Shown in pieces: positions 60,742 through 64,000 of a stretch of DNA of 64,000 nt. Source of the stretch: Phycisphaerales bacterium. GTDB taxonomy: Bacteria > Planctomycetota > Phycisphaerae > WQYP01. The stretch covers positions 10,048 to 74,047 of the forward strand of contig DAIDJN010000011.1 in assembly GCA_027451365.1 (NCBI GenBank), given 5' to 3'. The position numbers and the translations under genes were made by a program. The notes beneath the pieces are model-generated. The model was given only the letters and a program-made list of their open reading frames with translations. It ran no database searches and was not told where the DNA came from. The number at the start of each line of letters is the position of its first letter. Positions within the stretch are counted from its first letter, which is position 1.

Positions 60742-60903
60742 TTTTGGTGTCTCCTGGTTCCCTTTTTGCCTGTTGCGCCGCAGATCAAAAAGCGTCGCCC
60801 TGTATCCTCGGTAATCGCGCGCGGGGAGGTGGATCGGACCCACCGGACAACAGAACCGCCGGCAAGCAGCGGCGCTCTGAAGCCACGTAGCCTCTGGCCT
60901 AAT

Positions 60904-61755
60904 TCAAATTACCCTGTTCGGCGGCCAGGAATCGCTCGGCGTGAGCTGGTACTGTTGGCCCGACTGCTGCGCTATAGCTCCGCCGGGCCCGGCGGTCACG
61001 AGATATTTAATGCTGCCCGAAAAGCTCAGGCCCGCATTGGTGTTCAGCCCAATATCTGCACCGACGGTGCCCCCGACCGCGCCGCCGATTATGCCGCCGG
61101 CTACGCCGCCCCCCGTACCGCCGATTAACCCGCCAACACCCGCGCCAATCCCACCTGTCGTCGCGCCTATCAAAGTTGAGGCAGTGCCCCCAAACAAATG
61201 CCATTTAACCATGGGCCGCCAAGTCAGTTGGGCCGAATGGACACCATAATTCACCACCGGATCAGGGTCGGTTATCGAGATGTTGTCGAAATAAGGGTAT
61301 TTCTTCACGCCGTGCTCATCAACGCTTATTCGTTCACGCGGGGCGGCGGACTTGTTCTTACTGCATTTAAACCAGGCAAACAGGTAGAGCTGCGCAATAG
61401 GCACCCACTCCCCGATTGGTCTGGCCATAAACCTCTCCACAACGTAGGACAAGCTGATGGTGGGATTCCCATATTTTTCCACGGTTAACGGCGAGGGAGT
61501 TATGCGCTTCCATGGATAGCGCACGACAAGGACGCCAGGAAACGGACCGGGCGGCCTGTTGGGAATTAACCCACCCGGATCCAACACACCCACCGGACCG
61601 CCTCCCACATACCCATACAAATTCGCTCCATCCTTAAACCCAATCGGATCGCGCTGAATCCAGCGCCCAAGTACCGGGTTATACGTCCGATTGCGGACGT
61701 AATAAAGCTGCGATTCAGGATCAAGGCGGTAGCCGCAATAGATAATTTCATTCGC
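60904..61755 (-). pseudogene. Orphan Rhs module: core fragment plus C-terminal toxin with glycine zipper
   Basis: YCGYRLDPESQLYYVRNRTYNPVLGRWIQRDPIG...NLYGYV...P....DPGG; homology starts abruptly at about 61755 with no proper start. Confidence 0.85.
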
Positions 61756-62029
61756 ACAGGAGGAATTGGAGGTATCGCGGTGGCTACGGGCAGACAAGAT
61801 GTCTGCGGTTCGGCGACCAGGAGTTTTTCCAGCCTGCCAAGACTCATCGCGCCAGCGGCCGCTGCTTCGCGGCTTGGTGCCATGGTGGTGGTCAAATTGC
61901 TTATCCAGTGCGACCAAGATAATTGCTCCGCAGACAAATGAGCTTGATGGAATTCTATCCGTCTGATGGGAAAGTGTGCAAATCTCCGGTGGCCTGATCC
62001 GTCTGGTCCACAACATTTGACAATGGCTT

Positions 62030-62294
62030 GCGGAAGAATGCCGTCACTTCGCCATCCGTCCACGGCCAAACCACAAAATGCCAATGATTCTTCATCACGC
62101 ACCAGGCCAATATCCGTAGCGGTATGCGGCGGTATGCAGCAGTATGCGCCCGTGGGCCTCTAACAGAACCCGCTCAAAAGCGGCATCATCATCCTCATTA
62201 CGAACTCATTAGGAGACAGGGCGATTCGTCCCGCAGAACAATTGAGTACGTGGGAAATATAACCACCCGGCGTATTTCTTGCTTCGCGTGCCAT
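62030..62294 (-). pseudogene. REP-associated tyrosine transposase (RAYT, Y1 HUH) pseudogene, truncated and frameshifted
   Basis: Three frames join to MAREARNTPGGYISHVLNCSAGR / DAAFERVLLEAH / PLRILAWCVMKNHWHFVVWP..DGEVTAFFR. Confidence 0.85.
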
Positions 62295-62575
62295 AGGCCA
62301 CACACTATCCGCAATCCGGCCGCCTGTAAATACAAGCTACGTCCCCGTTTCGCTCTCGCGGAACTTCCATCCGAACGGTGAATGCCTGACGCACCCGCGT
62401 GGGCGGTGCGCGCACTGCACCGATTTTTCACGCGCCGCCGGGCGTTGGCGACCGTACTTGTTTCACATATTGCCATAATTCAATGTCATCCATTCGCTTG
62501 CCGAACATCCGAACTTCACTTATCATGAAAATCAACACCCATACAATTGGTTGGGGCACCGTCCATTCGGCGGCC

Positions 62576-63013
62576 TCAGCCCGCGCGCATCCCAGCGAAG
62601 ATCAGAAGGGCAGCAATCGAAGCACAAAACACCATCTTGCCGAGCAAGATGGAACGGGTCCGCCATCCGAGAACAAGCGACCCAATCTGAGAACAGATAA
62701 TTGGAATCCAAATCCAAATTGGAAGCGGCAATCCAAGCAAATTTGGCTTGGTCGGGGGAATGCGGCCGAATAGAATCAGGAAAGAGCAGGCAGAAATGAT
62801 AAGCAGCACCATGCCAAACCTCGCCGGACCGACGGTCCATCGCGTTGCCTCTGGGCCAGAACGAACCGATTCTTCACTCATCGAAATCACCTCTCAAAAT
62901 AGCGGACTTTGGGAATTAACCACGTAGATGAGGCAGACGACGCAAGCTACGAAAAACAATATCGCGAAAAGAATCGCGACGGTCCATTCCGATGCTTGCC
63001 TGCGAACGCTCAT
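62576..63013 (-). CDS. Small membrane protein(s), putative immunity for the 63041 Rhs toxin (two in-frame ORFs 62894..63013 and 62576..62881)
   Basis: AGGAG RBS and ATG 63013, 27 bp after the toxin stop; hydrophobic segments; TGA at 62894-96 is in frame with the next ORF. Confidence 0.5.
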
Positions 63014-63040
63014 CAGGGGAGACTCCTAAGGTACAAATAG

Positions 63041-64000
63041 TCAAGCCCATCCAGGCCCATCGCCCGAGAATGGCCAGAAGGGAAGCGGTATAACCGTGAC
63101 TTTATCCGGGCAGCTCGCGACGATTCGGAAGCCCTCGTACCATGTTCCCATGTCCGTATTCAGCACATGAACTGTCGGAGTCGGCTTGCTAATCGGCCCG
63201 ATATTGATCCCGATATTGGCTCCATAATCGTGGTAGAGGTGGTTAGTCACGGTCAAAAGAATCGAATGCGGATCGCCGACCCAAGGCATTGTTCGGGAAA
63301 CTACCTGCCAGTGGTAGCCAAACTCGACGCCAAAACGGTCGACACCGATATCAATGTTGTGGAATCCCCATACACCTTTGACGTGCCAGCCGACCGAGCG
63401 CACGCTGCCGACGACCGGATACCCGCCTTCACCGCGGTAGCTGAATTTATATTCGTATTCCATAACACGGTTTATATCGGTTGCGATAACGATCCCCGCT
63501 TGACCGGGATTGAAAACATGGCTGGCGCCCCATTTAAACGTCTTATTTCCGCTCGGATCCGCCGAACCTACCGCCCGTCCTCCCACATACTCATACAAAT
63601 TAATTCCGCCCTCATACCCAATCGGATCACGCTGAATCCACCGCCCAAGTACCGGGTTATAAGTCCGATTGCGAACATAATAAAGCTGTGTTTCCGCGTC
63701 GAAATAATACCCACAATATATGAGGTTGTTCGCGCCATAATCAGACTGCGCATCATAGTCGGTAAACCACTGGCCACCCCCGCCCGGACCGGTAAATATC
63801 AACGTCTTGCCATACGCATCGGTATCATACGCCTCCACAACCTGCCCACTGGAATTAACCAGCGCCACCGCGCGGTACAGCAAATCCTGCAGAAGGTAAT
63901 ACGCCCCGGCAGGCGCTGATTGCGGCCCGGCGGCCACCAGCAGGTTCAACTGGACACATTCGTCAATATATGTTCCCCAGATGTACTGTTTCGTAGGCGT
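63041..64000 (-). CDS. RHS repeat-associated core protein with C-terminal toxin (5' end beyond window)
   Basis: QYIWGTYIDE, VEAYDTDAYG, YCGYYFDAETQLYYVRNRTYNPVLGRWIQRDPIGYEGGINLYEYV...DPSG, then about 170-aa variable tip. Confidence 0.92.
   Translation of the reverse strand, partial: TPTKQYIWGTYIDECVQLNLLVAAGPQSAPAGAYYLLQDLLYRAVALVNSSGQVVEAYDTDAYGKTLIFTGPGGGGQWFTDYDAQSDYGANNLIYCGYYFDAETQLYYVRNRTYNPVLGRWIQRDPIGYEGGINLYEYVGGRAVGSADPSGNKTFKWGASHVFNPGQAGIVIATDINRVMEYEYKFSYRGEGGYPVVGSVRSVGWHVKGVWGFHNIDIGVDRFGVEFGYHWQVVSRTMPWVGDPHSILLTVTNHLYHDYGANIGINIGPISKPTPTVHVLNTDMGTWYEGFRIVASCPDKVTVIPLPFWPFSGDGPGWA

Noticed and set aside
61060..61170. GC-rich quasi-repeats in the Rhs tip as a DNA repeat element
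   Set aside because: Explained by glycine-zipper codons in the protein
60904..62016. 370-aa ORF as an intact gene
   Set aside because: Rhs homology begins only at about 61755; the upstream part is unrelated open frame with no RBS, so it is treated as an orphan cassette
1..64000. CRISPR array, rRNA, prophage or integrase
   Set aside because: No regularly spaced direct repeats, rRNA-like sequence or phage/integrase motifs were seen by eye

Overview
Bacterial chromosomal window, roughly mid-50s %GC by eye. The gene content (DUF1559 prepilin-like protein, PEP-CTERM proteins, SBP-permease fusion, style of the Rhs cores) points to Planctomycetota, probably Phycisphaerae; this is inference. Most of the window is housekeeping: two lptF/G-type permeases, tRNA-Glu, rfbD, tatA, PPi-PFK, ppk1, UvrD/PcrA, pabB, argB, argF, rph, mlaE/F, tRNA-Phe, purD, leuD-type subunit and a cysteine desulfurase. 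Two accessory blocks stand out. (1) 3.8-19.9 kb is a divergently organised alpha-glucan utilisation locus. Four copies of a palindromic operator (core AACCGGTT) lie on or near three sigma70 promoters around a LacI gene. The left arm encodes three paralogous PEP-CTERM surface proteins of an unrecognised family, a PEP-CTERM/dockerin GH13 enzyme and a DUF1559 pilin-like protein. The right arm encodes a secreted CBM48-GH13 and an ABC importer with a fused binding protein. This is the best candidate for an undescribed system: a SusC/D-independent polysaccharide capture module. (2) 59.5-64 kb is an Rhs polymorphic-toxin array with two unrecognised C-terminal toxins and membrane-protein immunity candidates, a decayed RAYT transposase, and abutting IS66 and IS3 remnants at its border. 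Two long intergenic stretches (about 36.3 kb and 54.5 kb) fold by eye into rod-like RNAs with G-U pairs. All calls come from motif reading only; no database searches were run.
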